DNA of 64,000 nt, from assembly GCF_030144855.1 (NCBI RefSeq), contig NC_082734.1:16802001-16866000 (forward strand), given 5' to 3'. The position numbers were made by a program, and so were the translations under genes. Within the stretch, counting starts at the first letter, position 1. The number at the start of each line of letters is the position of its first letter. This document shows, one piece after another, positions 10,445-21,200 of the stretch. The notes beneath the pieces were generated by a model. That model made no database searches, was not told the DNA's origin, and saw only the letters and a program-made list of their open reading frames with translations. This DNA is from Hypanus sabinus (Eukaryota).

Positions 10445-13400
10445 GTAGGAGAGAGCGGATCTGAACCAGGACCGAGGCTGGGATTGGGAGCAGGCAGAGT
10501 TAGAGGAAAAAGTGATCCGAGTTTCGGAGCGGATGGGGAACCGGGAGCGGGAGAGGGGATGACAGACAGCAGAGCGGAGGGATTGAACCGGGAGTTAGAG
10601 TAACGGAGTAACCCAAGATCTGCTGTTGGGAGGGGGAGCCCAGGATTTGAGGTTGGGGAGGGAATTAACCTAGGAGATGGAGCGGGGGTGGGGGGTAACC
10701 CAGAGAATGAAACAGTGAGGAGGGGGTAACCCAGGAGATGGAGCGCTGGTTGGGGGTGGGGGTTGTGACCCAGGAGATGGAGGAGTTTGGGGGGGGTGAT
10801 GCAGGAGGTGGAGGGTTTGGGGGTGGGGGTTGTGACCCAGGAGATGGAAGAGTTGGGGGGGGGGTAGTGACCCAGGAGATGGAAGAGTTGGGGGGGGTTG
10901 TGACCCAGGAGATGGAGGAGTTGGGGGGGGGTGATGCAGGAGGTGGAGGGTTTGGGGGTGGGGATTGTGACCCAGGAGATGGAAGAGTTGGGGGGGGGGT
11001 TGTGACCCAGGAGATGGAAGAGTTGGGGGGGGGGGTTGTGACCCAGGAGATGGAAGAGTTGGGGGGGGATTGTGACCCAGGAGATGGAAGAGTTGGGGGG
11101 GGATTGTGACCCAGGAGATGGAGTGGTTTGGGGAGGGGTGATGCAGGAGGTGGAGGGTTTGGGGGTGGGGGTTGTGACCCAGGAAATGGAGTGGTTTGGG
11201 GGGGTGATGCAGGAGATGGAGGGTTTGGAGGGGGTTGTGACCCAGGAATAGGGAGGTTGGGGGGGTTAGAGTAGGGTGGGGGGAGGGAGCCGGAGCCAGA
11301 AGTGAGGCACCCAGGAGTTACAGCAGGAGTGGGGGGACTTACTCAACCTGATTAACTCCTCCTGTCCTGCCCAGGGATGTGTTTAACTAGGATAACTCCC
11401 TGTGTACGGCTGCACTTGACCCAATTTAACTATACCCTTTGACCTCTTTGTCCTAGCATGCCCACCGACTTATCCGAGGCTCTGAAGCTGGCCACAAAGG
11501 AGTCACACGAACTTGCTGAAAACTCCGAATTTATGAGAAACTTCCAGAAGGGTCAGGTCACACGGGATCAGTTTACTGTAAGCATCTACCTTTACAATTC
11601 GGTCAAACCAATATACATGGGGGGGGCGGTTAAGTGGGATGGAACCCCTGCTCAGTGTTATTCCTTCTAGTTTTGATGGTCTCCCTTCAAATGTAGGCCA
11701 TCATCTCTCAGTCAACTTCTAAGGTGACAAGGTGAAAGATCTGGTCAGGGCCAACACTGCTTTACTTTCTTTGAAGTACTACAGTGTGATCTCCCAATCT
11801 CCTGCCTTCAGCAAATATGCCCAATCCGTGTAACCTGTTCTCTCGACCCAGTCCCTCACTACAGAGGCACTTCTGATATGGAATCTGTAGTAATGTGGGA
11901 AAGAAGGCCGCCAATTTGACAGAGGCATGATCCACACTATAGATAAGATTTCCTATCCTTGTGATGTTGATTGAGAAACAAATATGGGCCAGGTTCCCAT
12001 GGAAACTGAATGGATTCTGTGTCAACTGGGCCAATGTAGTGTTTCCTTTGTCAAGTTTGGAAAGAAGGCGGAATCTGATTATCTGGGAAGGCTCACTCTG
12101 ACCCCACCCTTCTTTGTCCCTGTGCCCTCTTTAATGTTACTCTCTCTACCCATACCCCCTCATTCTGAACTGTCATATTCATTCCACCCTCATTCTCTCT
12201 CCCCACGTGCCTTTTCTACATTGTTTGAATAGTGAGTTAAGCCTTGTTTACCAAACTCTCTCTCCCGTCCCCACTCCAGCTGCTACTAGACTCTCTGTAC
12301 TTCATCTACTCTGCCCTGGAGGAGGAGAGTGAGCGAAACAAGGACCACCCAGCCTTCGCCCCCGTCTACTTTCCCTCCGAACTGGATCGGAAGGAAGCCT
12401 TGGAGAAGGACCTGGAATACTTCCATGGGCCGGAGTGGAGGAGCCGCATTCAGTGTCCGAAGGCCACCGAGAAATACGTGAGCCGGATCCGGCACGTGGG
12501 GCGCGAGGAGCCGGAGCTGCTGGTCGCCCACGCCTACATCCGCTACCTGGGGGACCTGTCCGGGGGGCAGGTGCTGAAGAAGGTGGCCCAGAAAGCTTTG
12601 CAGCTGCCGATCACCGGCGAAGGGAGCGCCTTCTTCACCTTCGACCGCGTCACCAACGCCAACAAGTTCAAGCAGCTCTACCGCTCGCGCATGAACACGC
12701 TGGAAGCTGTTGGAGAGACTCGGCAAAGGATCCTGGAAGAGGCAAATAGGACCTTTCAGCTGAACATGGAGGTAAGGGAGAGGTCCTGGTCAAGTATCTC
12801 ACTGGGTGTTTTTAATATTATCAAAGGCCATTTGGATTTGTTTCTGGTGCATGCTCAGCTTTAGTAGGAAAGTTGTTTGTCCTTGGTACAAATAGCTCAC
12901 TAACTTCCTACTGAGGGTTTATGTTTGGCCTGATACTTGAGACTGGTCTCAAACTGCCTCAATTTATTTCCACACTACAGGTTTTCAATGAGCTGCTGCG
13001 GCTGGGAGCTCAGAACCAGAAGGACAGCAACCACCTGAATGGCAGGTAGGACTTCAGCTTGTAACACAGTTATATGCAGAGTGACGCTCCAGCTTCCCAA
13101 GCCAAACAAAAAGTCCCAAAGCCACTCCTTAATATTTAATTTGGTAATTTGGGGGGGAAGGGTATTACAGTTATTGACCCAACAAAATATTGGGTAGGGG
13201 AACCATGTGATGGATGTGATTAGTTGAGAAAGTGAACAGGATACCATAAGGACAGATTAACCACTGAGCTGATCAGTATGGTTCAGTACAAAAGTCTTAG
13301 CTAGGATTCCTAAGACTTTTGCACGGTACTGTATTTGTCAACGTGGAGCGGAGAGCAAGTACGTAAATCTGGTGGGAGCAAGGGACGTTGGGAATGCTGA

Positions 13401-16400
13401 GGGTAGAGTGCCACGGGAGGGTTGTGGGACAGGTGGCAGAGGAGTGCCAGGGACAGAGGTTGGCACAGGTCCAGACATGCCCAACCCTAAGACACCCGGT
13501 ATGGTCAATTGGTTTATTGATATTATAGAATGCCTCTCTCCCTTCCCCCTTTCCCAACCATGATGCCCCCTCTCCCTGCTCCCCTTCCCACTCTCAGTCC
13601 ACAACAGAGACCAATATCAGAATCAGGTTTATCATCACACAGATGTCATGAAATTTATTTTCTTTTTGTTTGAGGCAGCAGTACAGTGCAATAAATAAAA
13701 TTACTACAGTACTGTGCAAAAGTTTTGTCCACTTTATCTATATAGGCCCAAGACTTCTGCATAGTACTGTACAAGTATCACTCATTCTCTGTCCTTTGCC
13801 CAAGTGGAGCACGATGACAACAAACCTACTGGACTCGGGAGGCACACAAGATGGATGGGGAAGAGCAAGAAGGGGGCTTCCTCAATCCAAACCCAAATTA
13901 GTCACTTAAAATGCCCAGATAAAGGTTTAGCGAAAAGTGCTCTTCATGCATTGCGGTCCCCATGGATGAGATTGCTGTCCTCAAATTGATATCTGCTACA
14001 TGGTAATCCATCCCCACTTCACACCAGCCACGCTTTGGTGTCCAATGTTGGTAAACCCAGCATTTCCCGGTGGTGAGGAGGCCAAGCAGCAGGTGACTGA
14101 ACTACTGCAGTGTGAGTTGGAGAGGAAGTGGGTAGGAGTTGTAATCTAATACAACATCCTGAATTGGAGAATGGGCTGGCAGGAAAGGTGTGTGCCCACA
14201 CAGCTCTGGGTCGAGATAGGCAGAGGGTATTAATTCCCTGTCGTGGATTGGGGAGCGTAGAATAGCACAAAAGACACCAGAATGCCTCGGCATTGCCCTG
14301 GGTTGAACCAGAGGCATAATTGAACTCTGGCCTTTAAAACACTGAGCAGAGATCCGAAAGTGTACACTGGGAAAGGCTTGGTGTACTCGCGTTCACAGCT
14401 GAATAAGCTTCTATTTCCCTCCATAAAGCTATTGGTTGGAAGAGAACTAATCAGGAATTGTGCATGTGCTTTGGAGATGGGTCTGTTTGAACCAAGGAGT
14501 TTGTCTGTGGAGACTGAACTGACATTGGACTCATCCAAACTAATTCCCTTTCGACTTCTTCCTTCAGCATGCCCAGTGACCTGTCAGAAGCTCTGAAGCT
14601 GGCCACAAAGGAGTCCCATGAATTGGCCGAAAATTCTGAGTTCATGAGGAACTTCCAGAAGGGACAGGTCACCAAAGATCAATTTACAGTAAGGATACGA
14701 GAACGTACCATTCTCTTAGTTTGAAGTTGGACTGTAATTATATATCCTGTTTCATATTTTCTTCATTGTTTGGCCTGCACTTGGCCCATCCCTTCTCTTT
14801 TTCTATCCTTCCCACATCTCTCTTCCCTAAGTTCAGCTGGTCTTGCTGCTTTCTTGTGTGGGGTGGTAAGACAAATGTTTGTAATACACTAGTTGAGAGC
14901 AGCTAATTCTGACCAAGGATGAAACGGAGAGGTACAACTGATCAGTAGAGCATAATACCAACTCGAGGAGGATGTGGGAGAAGGCCTCTTATGATTCTCC
15001 GCGTATACCATATTCCTTTAATACAGCCTCTGCTGCATTGTTTCTCGAATGAGCACTCTTTCAATATTGGTTACAAATCTGGCTCTCAGATCAATGAATT
15101 CAGAACCATGGGAGTTCTTTTTCTACCTTCCCCTTTGTGTTCAATTCTGGTCACCTCATTATAGGAAGGATGTGGCAGCTATGGAGAGGGTGCAGAGGAG
15201 ATCTACCAGGATGTTGCCTGGTTTGGAGAACAAGTCATATGAAGCAAGGTTAGCAGAGCTGGGACTTTTCCCTTTGGACCGTAGAAGAATGAGAGGGGAC
15301 TTGACAGAGGTCTACAAGATTGAGAGGCATAGATAGGGTGGATAGTCAGCAACTGTTTTCCAGGGCACCAATAGCAAACACCAGGGGGCATATGTACAAA
15401 ATTAAGGGAGGGGAGTTTAGTGGAGACATCAGGGGTAAGTTTTTTTACACAGAGGGTTGTGAGTGCCTGGAATGACTTGCCAGGGATGGTGGTGGAGGCT
15501 GAAACATTAGGGGTATTTAAGAGCCTCTTGGACAGGCACATGGATGAAAGAAAAATGGAGGGTTATGGGGTAGTGTGGGTTTAGTACTTTGTTTTAAGGA
15601 TTATATGGGTTGGCACAACATGGAGGGCTGAAGGGCCTGTACTGTGCTGTAGTGTTCTATGGTTCTATAGTACCCTCGTATTGCTGGCAATCTCACTGAG
15701 CTGAGCCAATGTCTACTCTGCCCTCTCCCTCTGTCCTTTCCCATGTTGATACTCCAGTCATGAGTCAAGCCTTGTTTACCAAACTCTCTCTTCCATCCCC
15801 GCTGCAGATGCTACTAGACTCTCTGTACTTCATCTACTCTGCCCTGGAGGAGGAGAGTGAGCGAAACAAGGACCACCCAGCCTTCGCCCCCGTCTACTTT
15901 CCCTCCGAACTGGATCGGAAGGAAGCCTTGGAGAAGGACCTGGAATACTTCCATGGGCCGGAGTGGAGGAGCCGCATTCAGTGTCCGAAGGCCACCGAGA
16001 AATACGTGAGCCGGATCCGGCACGTGGGGCGCGAGGAGCCGGAGCTGCTGGTCGCCCACGCCTACATCCGCTACCTGGGGGACCTGTCCGGGGGGCAGGT
16101 GCTGAAGAAGGTGGCCCAGAAAGCTTTGCAGCTGCCGATCACCGGCGAAGGGAGCGCCTTCTTCACCTTCGACCGCGTCACCAACGCCAACAAGTTCAAG
16201 CAGCTCTACCGCTCGCGCATGAACACGCTGGAAGCCGTCGGAGAGACTCGGCAAAGGATCCTGGAAGAGGCAAATAGGACCTTTCAGCTGAATGTGGAGG
16301 TAAGACGTGCTGAATGCTACGTAACCAGGAACCACAGTTTCTGGTTAAATTTGTATGCTCTGTGGGTCAGCAAATCATTTAAGTCTGGCAGTGTGCAGCG

Positions 16401-18249
16401 GTGGTTCTGCTCATATCTGTATGTTCTATTTTTTGTTTCAAACACTGCAGAGGATGTAACCTCACTCTGACTAATACAATGATGGAACATGTCACAAATC
16501 CTCTCTGCACCACCTCCATCCTAACCGACAATGAAATTATTCTGAAAATACTTTTTTTTTAAAAAAACAACAACTACAGATGCTGGCAATCTGAAATATC
16601 CGCAGTTCTGAGAAAGGGTCACAGACATGAAGGTTTGACTGATCTGAATTTTTTTTTCTCTCTTTTCTGCAGCATTTTCAGTTTTTGCGATTACTTAAAC
16701 CTTTTTTTTGATGGGATGGGAAGACGTTTTGTGGTTTTTCACATACAGTGCGGAGGGGATGCAGTGATCTTATCAGACCATGGTATCCCTTTAGCTAGTC
16801 CAGAACTCCTGCCCAGTTCTCCACTCGACCTTCCGGGAGGGCGTTCCACCACTGCTCCTTTGATTCAAAGGCGTGTATGCTGCTACCCAGCTCAAGTCAA
16901 CCTCTCGAGCCAAAGTGTCCAGTTAGCTAGTCCAGAACTCCAACTCGCTGTCGTCTCACTAAGACCTTCCAGAAGGGAGTTCCACCACTGCAGCTTGGAT
17001 TCAGAGGCAGGAATGCTGCCACCCAGCAAAAGGCTCGCTCCAGTAGCCAGGCTTGCATGGCAATGTATTTCGTGTAGTACGGATGGGGGGTGGGGGGGGG
17101 AAGAATGATAATTGGTTTACTTATAGTCGCTTCCTCCACCCCATCCCCAACCCTCCCCCACCACCACCGTACTGCTGACACCTTGTGGATGGGGTGACCC
17201 TGTATCCTTCGATTCCCTGTCCAAATGTTGACCATAATATTTAAATATAGCATCCCAGCAGTCAGGCAATGGAATATTTCCTGCCAACTTGAACAACAGT
17301 GGTCAATTGTATCCCTTTTACTTGTTTTAAAGATCAGCTGCTCCGAACCTCTTTGGGGGTTGGAGCCCAGCCTTTTCGGACTATGCCACATTGATTTGAG
17401 TTGCTCAAAACATCCCTTCCCACCCTTCCTTAAACCACCATTTCGCGCCCCCCCCCCCCAAGTGGCAGCTGCATCCTTTGGAATAAAAACCGCTCTTCGT
17501 TTCCAATTGCAGGTTTTCAATGAACTCCAGAGACTGAGCTCTGGGTCAGAGAGAAATGGCACTGTGCACGAGAGTGAGATCCGGAAACGTACCGTTTTTC
17601 AGGGTAAGGGAAATGCGAGGGGGCATAACTTTGTATGGAAGATGCCGGGCGGGGGGGGGGGGGGGGTGTTGATTCTAGTGGATGATCGGAAAGGAGAACT
17701 CTAATGGTGGGTCAGTGGGTGGAAATAGGATGGGTTACTAACCCTAGCCCAGCCTAGGAGTCAAATAACAAAAGGAGGGCAAAAGGAGGGCGTAGAAACA
17801 AATCGAATACAAAGGCTTGCATGAGGATAAAACAATATTCGGTTTTAACGTAAACACAATGATTCTTGCAACCACTGGCATAGGAAATTCTGCAAATCTT
17901 GGAAATCTTGGACAATGCACACAAAATGCTGCAGGAACTCCCAAGTTGGGCAGTGTCTGTGGAGGGGAATAAACAGTCGGCCTGAAACATCATAGGTTAT
18001 TTCCCTCCAAGTTGCCTGACTTGCCAACTTCCTCCAGCATGTTTGTGTATTACTTACAACCACTGGCTAGTCATAATTAACCAATGACAGTAATCTGCTT
18101 TCTTCACAGAACGGGCAGTGCACAAAAGGAACACCCCAGATCTGCCTTCACAACCACACGATTTGCTGGCAGACAGTCCCAGCCTGCGATTCGCTCTCTT
18201 TTTTGGCTTGGTGGTAGTATCACTTGGCTTTGGATGGTATCTGCTGTGA
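10431..18249 (+). CDS. HMOX1: Heme oxygenase 1 with internally duplicated catalytic domain; 8 coding exons join(10431..10444,11457..11577,12280..12771,12981..13045,14568..14688,15808..16299,17513..17603,18110..18249) = 1536 nt, 511 aa
   Basis: Two copies of the HO motifs (proximal His in KESHELAE; [14 protein letters not shown]; [11 protein letters not shown]). Exon sizes 121/492 match the HMOX1 structure. All introns are GT-AG with continuous phase. Single C-terminal hydrophobic tail. Lies upstream of MCM5 as in other vertebrates. Gene identity is firm; the fused two-domain splice model is inferred. Confidence 0.85.
10665..11270. repeat. G-rich minisatellite (about 30-bp unit GTGACCCAGGAGATGGAAGAGTTGGGGGGGG) in HMOX1 intron 1
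   Basis: More than 15 imperfect copies, with a GTGATGCAGGAGGTGGAGGGTTTGGGG variant interspersed. Confidence 0.9.
11457..11577 (+). CDS. HMOX1: HMOX1 exon 2, domain A ([40 protein letters not shown])
   Basis: tcctag|C acceptor and |gtaagc donor; 121 nt; contains the heme-ligand His. Confidence 0.95.
12280..12771 (+). CDS. HMOX1: HMOX1 exon 3, domain A
   Basis: ctccag| acceptor, GAG|gtaagg donor; 492 nt; YLGDLSGG distal helix. Confidence 0.95.
12981..13045 (+). CDS. HMOX1: HMOX1 shortened exon 4, domain A / inter-domain linker ([21 protein letters not shown]+AG)
   Basis: ctacag| acceptor; homologous to 17513-17603 (VFNEL..RL..NG); CAG|gtagga donor in phase 2. Confidence 0.8.
13283..13772. 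mobile_element. Tc1-derived non-autonomous element in the intron between HO domain A and domain B
   Basis: Inverted copies of CAGTACTGTGCAAAAGTCTT-like termini at about 13284, 13313-13333, 13706-13726 and 13751-13772. Confidence 0.55.
14568..14688 (+). CDS. HMOX1: HMOX1 exon 2, domain B ([40 protein letters not shown])
   Basis: ccttcag|C acceptor, |gtaagg donor; 121 nt; 38/40 aa identical to the domain A exon. Confidence 0.95.
15135..15668 (+). mobile_element. CR1 LINE 3' end in the domain-B intron 2
   Basis: [31 protein letters not shown]...[14 protein letters not shown], followed by a TTCTATGGTTCTAT tail. Absent from the paralogous domain-A intron. Confidence 0.9.
15808..16299 (+). CDS. 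HMOX1: HMOX1 exon 3, domain B
   Basis: ctgcag| acceptor, GAG|gtaaga donor; 492 nt; near-identical to 12280-12771. Confidence 0.95.
17513..17603 (+). CDS. HMOX1: HMOX1 exon 4, domain B ([30 protein letters not shown]+G)
   Basis: ttgcag| acceptor, G|gtaagg donor in phase 1 as in canonical HMOX1 exon 4. Confidence 0.9.
18110..18249 (+). CDS. HMOX1: HMOX1 exon 5, C-terminal membrane anchor (...[25 protein letters not shown])
   Basis: ttcacag| acceptor, phase-1 compatible, hydrophobic tail ending at TGA 18247-18249. AATAAA at 19111-19116. Confidence 0.9.
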
Positions 18250-21200
18250 GCCTGTTGGACACGAAGCACAGGATTTCAACCTAAGTGGACCTCTTCTCCT
18301 ACATGTCTGTATCTGCAGCGCTAACTGAATTGAATCAAATGTCAGCTGTGGCTCGGTGGATTGTAGTCAGAGGGGTGTGGGTTCAAGTCCCACTCCAGTG
18401 ACTAGAACACCTGATCAAGGCTGATTATCCCAGTGCAGGATAATCAGAGGTGCTATGTTTTGGACAAAAAGTTAAATTAAGATCCCACCAGCCTATCTGA
18501 GAATTCAAGAGCAAAGTAGAACAGAATTCTAAATTCTTGTGGTGCCAGCAATACTTGGCTCTATGCCAACTCGCATTGAAATCGATAATCTGGACATTAT
18601 TGCACAACTGTTAGAGGTTCTCAGGGTTTCTAAGTACTTCAGATGCTCTTGAAAAAGACATTTTTGTCAATCTTCTTTGAGGTCCTGTGGTGCTCTGCCC
18701 ATGCAGAAATAGTGCTCCAGACCCATGCACTGGAAGACTGGGCCAGTGTCCAGTTGCTCAGGTCCTTGCCTGATCTTGGTCCTGCACTGACTGTATCGGC
18801 ACTGGAACAACCTCAGGGAAGAGAATGCAGGATCAGGAAGGAGCACGGGAACAGGAAGCATCCAGATCCTTGAGTTGGATCCATGATTCAATTAAATCAA
18901 AGCTGATCTGCACCATTCACCAGCTTTACTCAATATCTATTAATATTCTTACCAAACAGAAGTCTATCGGTCTCAGTATTTAAAGGTAATAATTGATTCC
19001 CCCCACTATCTACAGCTCCTGGAGAAAATCCAGGTCTGTGTGTCCTGCCTTTCAACAAAGTGCATCAGACAATGAGAAACACGAAACGGAGAATTTGTGT
19101 ATTTTCTTAAAATAAAATTCTTTTTTTTGTTTTGCTTTCAAATGTGAACTGTTGTAGTTGTTAATGGTAAGAGTACAATTAACAGTTGGATCCACCTCTG
19201 TGTTGCAATCAGCAACATACCTTTTAGCTGCCCAGCCCATAAACTTTGTACTCCCTGCCTTTTAATTTCCCTACCCCAGATCTCTCTCCTCAGACCAAAT
19301 CTTGGAGTCCTATTAATCTGGCATTAAATTTTGTCTGATTGTCCCTTGAGGTATGTGAAGTTTTTAAAAGTTATAGACATTTTTCTATTTTTTTTGATGT
19401 TCTGTATATAAATATTTGTACAAATTATTTTGCAATCATGTTAATCCAAACTACTGCTTTTGAATTAAAATTTGCATCAATTATATACTGCATGATGTCA
19501 TTCAGTGATTGTGGAAGTAGATGGAATAAGAGTTTGAGAATTTGATGGGTTAACTCAATGGTGAGATACACAAAGCCCCTTTTGAACTCTGGTTCTGTGC
19601 TGATCTCAGTTAGTACTGTCACGAGATATTAACTGATCACAGAACCACTGATAGAGGAACTTTGTCAGTAAGGGGAACGGGTAATGTGGGGAGAAATTCA
19701 CTCACATTCTTGCCCCCGTCACCATAACCAATGCAAGCAGCTGTACACCAGAAATAGCTTTGGATGTAATGCCACTTTGTACTTAAAGAGCATTGGATAA
19801 TTGGGTGAAATACCTTAGAGGCACGAATGCTTTTAAAATACACAGAAACTAGTGGGCACACTCACTGCAAAACTGCAGCTTTAAAAATATCCTGCGGAGA
19901 ATGTGCAGACGGTCTCTGACTTGCAACATGAAGCAAGGGGAGTGTTTTCACAAAACTGGACTGGAAGTTGAGGGTTACAACTCTGGGACAGGAAGGGCTT
20001 ACAAAGTAAATGTTATTATCAAAGTACATATATGTCACTTTATACAACCCTGAGATCATTTTCTTGCGGGCATAAAACAATAAGCCTTACAGAATCCATA
20101 AGATTTTACTCAACTAGGGCATTCAACCAGATTGCAGAAGACAACAAACAACGTAAATACAAAAAGAACAAATAATAAATATCAAGAACATGAGATGAAG
20201 AGTCTCTGAAAGTGAGTCCAGTGGTTGTGGGAATACTTCAATGATGCACCTTCAGGAGACATGAGAGATGGCCTTCAATGGAAGAACCAGAAATCGAGAA
20301 TGTAGACTGGGCCATGGGATGTAATGTTAAAATAGGTGTTAAGCTGAACAAGTATTGAGCCATCCAAAACAAAAGCCATGACGTGAAACCCATAAAATTA
20401 TGATTTTCAGTTGGTAATTGGTTTATTTTTTCACCTGTACCAAGGTACAGTGAGACTTCCATTTTGCATATCTTCCATACTGATATTTCCAAGATAGTAC
20501 AAAGGGAAAAGCAATAACAACATGCAAAGCTGCCGAGAAAGTGCCGTGCAGATAATCAATAAGGTGGAAGAGCCATGACGAAATAGACTGAGAGATCAAG
20601 AGGCGTATGAAGAGCATTGTTGGGTTTCCTTGTGTAACACCGTGCCGTCTCCATTGTAGTGCTGCTGCTTCTAATAAACTTGTTTTTGGGAGGCCTCAAC
20701 GAGGCTCTTCCCAGCTGTTTTCAGATGATCTTGTCAAACACGCAGTCCGTGAGGTGGAAGGTGATTTTCTAATCTGCACCTCAGCCCTCTCAAGGGCAAC
20801 GTGCAGCAAGAGCGATTTTCCGGCTGCCTAGGAAGAATCCGATGGGGAGGGTCCCTCTCACGACAGTTGGGAGGGGTTTGGCGATGAGGCCTCTGCCGAA
20901 TAACAAACAGGTCGCATAGGAGACCACCCCACCAGATCCACCACCTGCACCAGATCCACCAGCTGCTTCATCTGCAGAGCTTCCAGTTCATTCTGTGCTG
21001 ATGGATGCTGTCAAAGGTGTTCTTTACTGCTGAAACTTTTCCATGAAGGGCCTAGGTCTAAATGAGTGTAATATTGAATGGCACTGAGGCCAGGATCCTC
21101 CTTTGCAAAGGCATGGGTGGAGGAGAGAGTTAGCCACTCTAGATGGTTGCGTGCTCCAGCTTGATGCAGGCACATAAAAAGGTGGCCGTTGAGATCGTGT

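Noticed and set aside
10738-11109. 123-aa Gly-rich repetitive ORF
   Set aside because: Translation of the intron-1 G-rich minisatellite; no splice or homology support.
13046-14567. Separate TM exon for copy A or separate coding exon 1 for copy B
   Set aside because: I found no hydrophobic-tail exon and no ATG with a phase-2 donor by eye. A non-coding leader exon cannot be excluded.
12286-16335. Antisense ORFs (146 aa and 173 aa) and alternate-frame 104-aa ORFs over the two HMOX1 exon-3 copies
   Set aside because: Shadow ORFs caused by high GC3 in the real exon. They are duplicated only because the exon is.
11457-17603. HMOX1 duplication as a haplotype or assembly false duplication
   Set aside because: Exon 2 differs by about 19%, exon 4 differs in length and phase, and the introns are unrelated (a CR1 is present in only one). 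This is incompatible with allelic copies.
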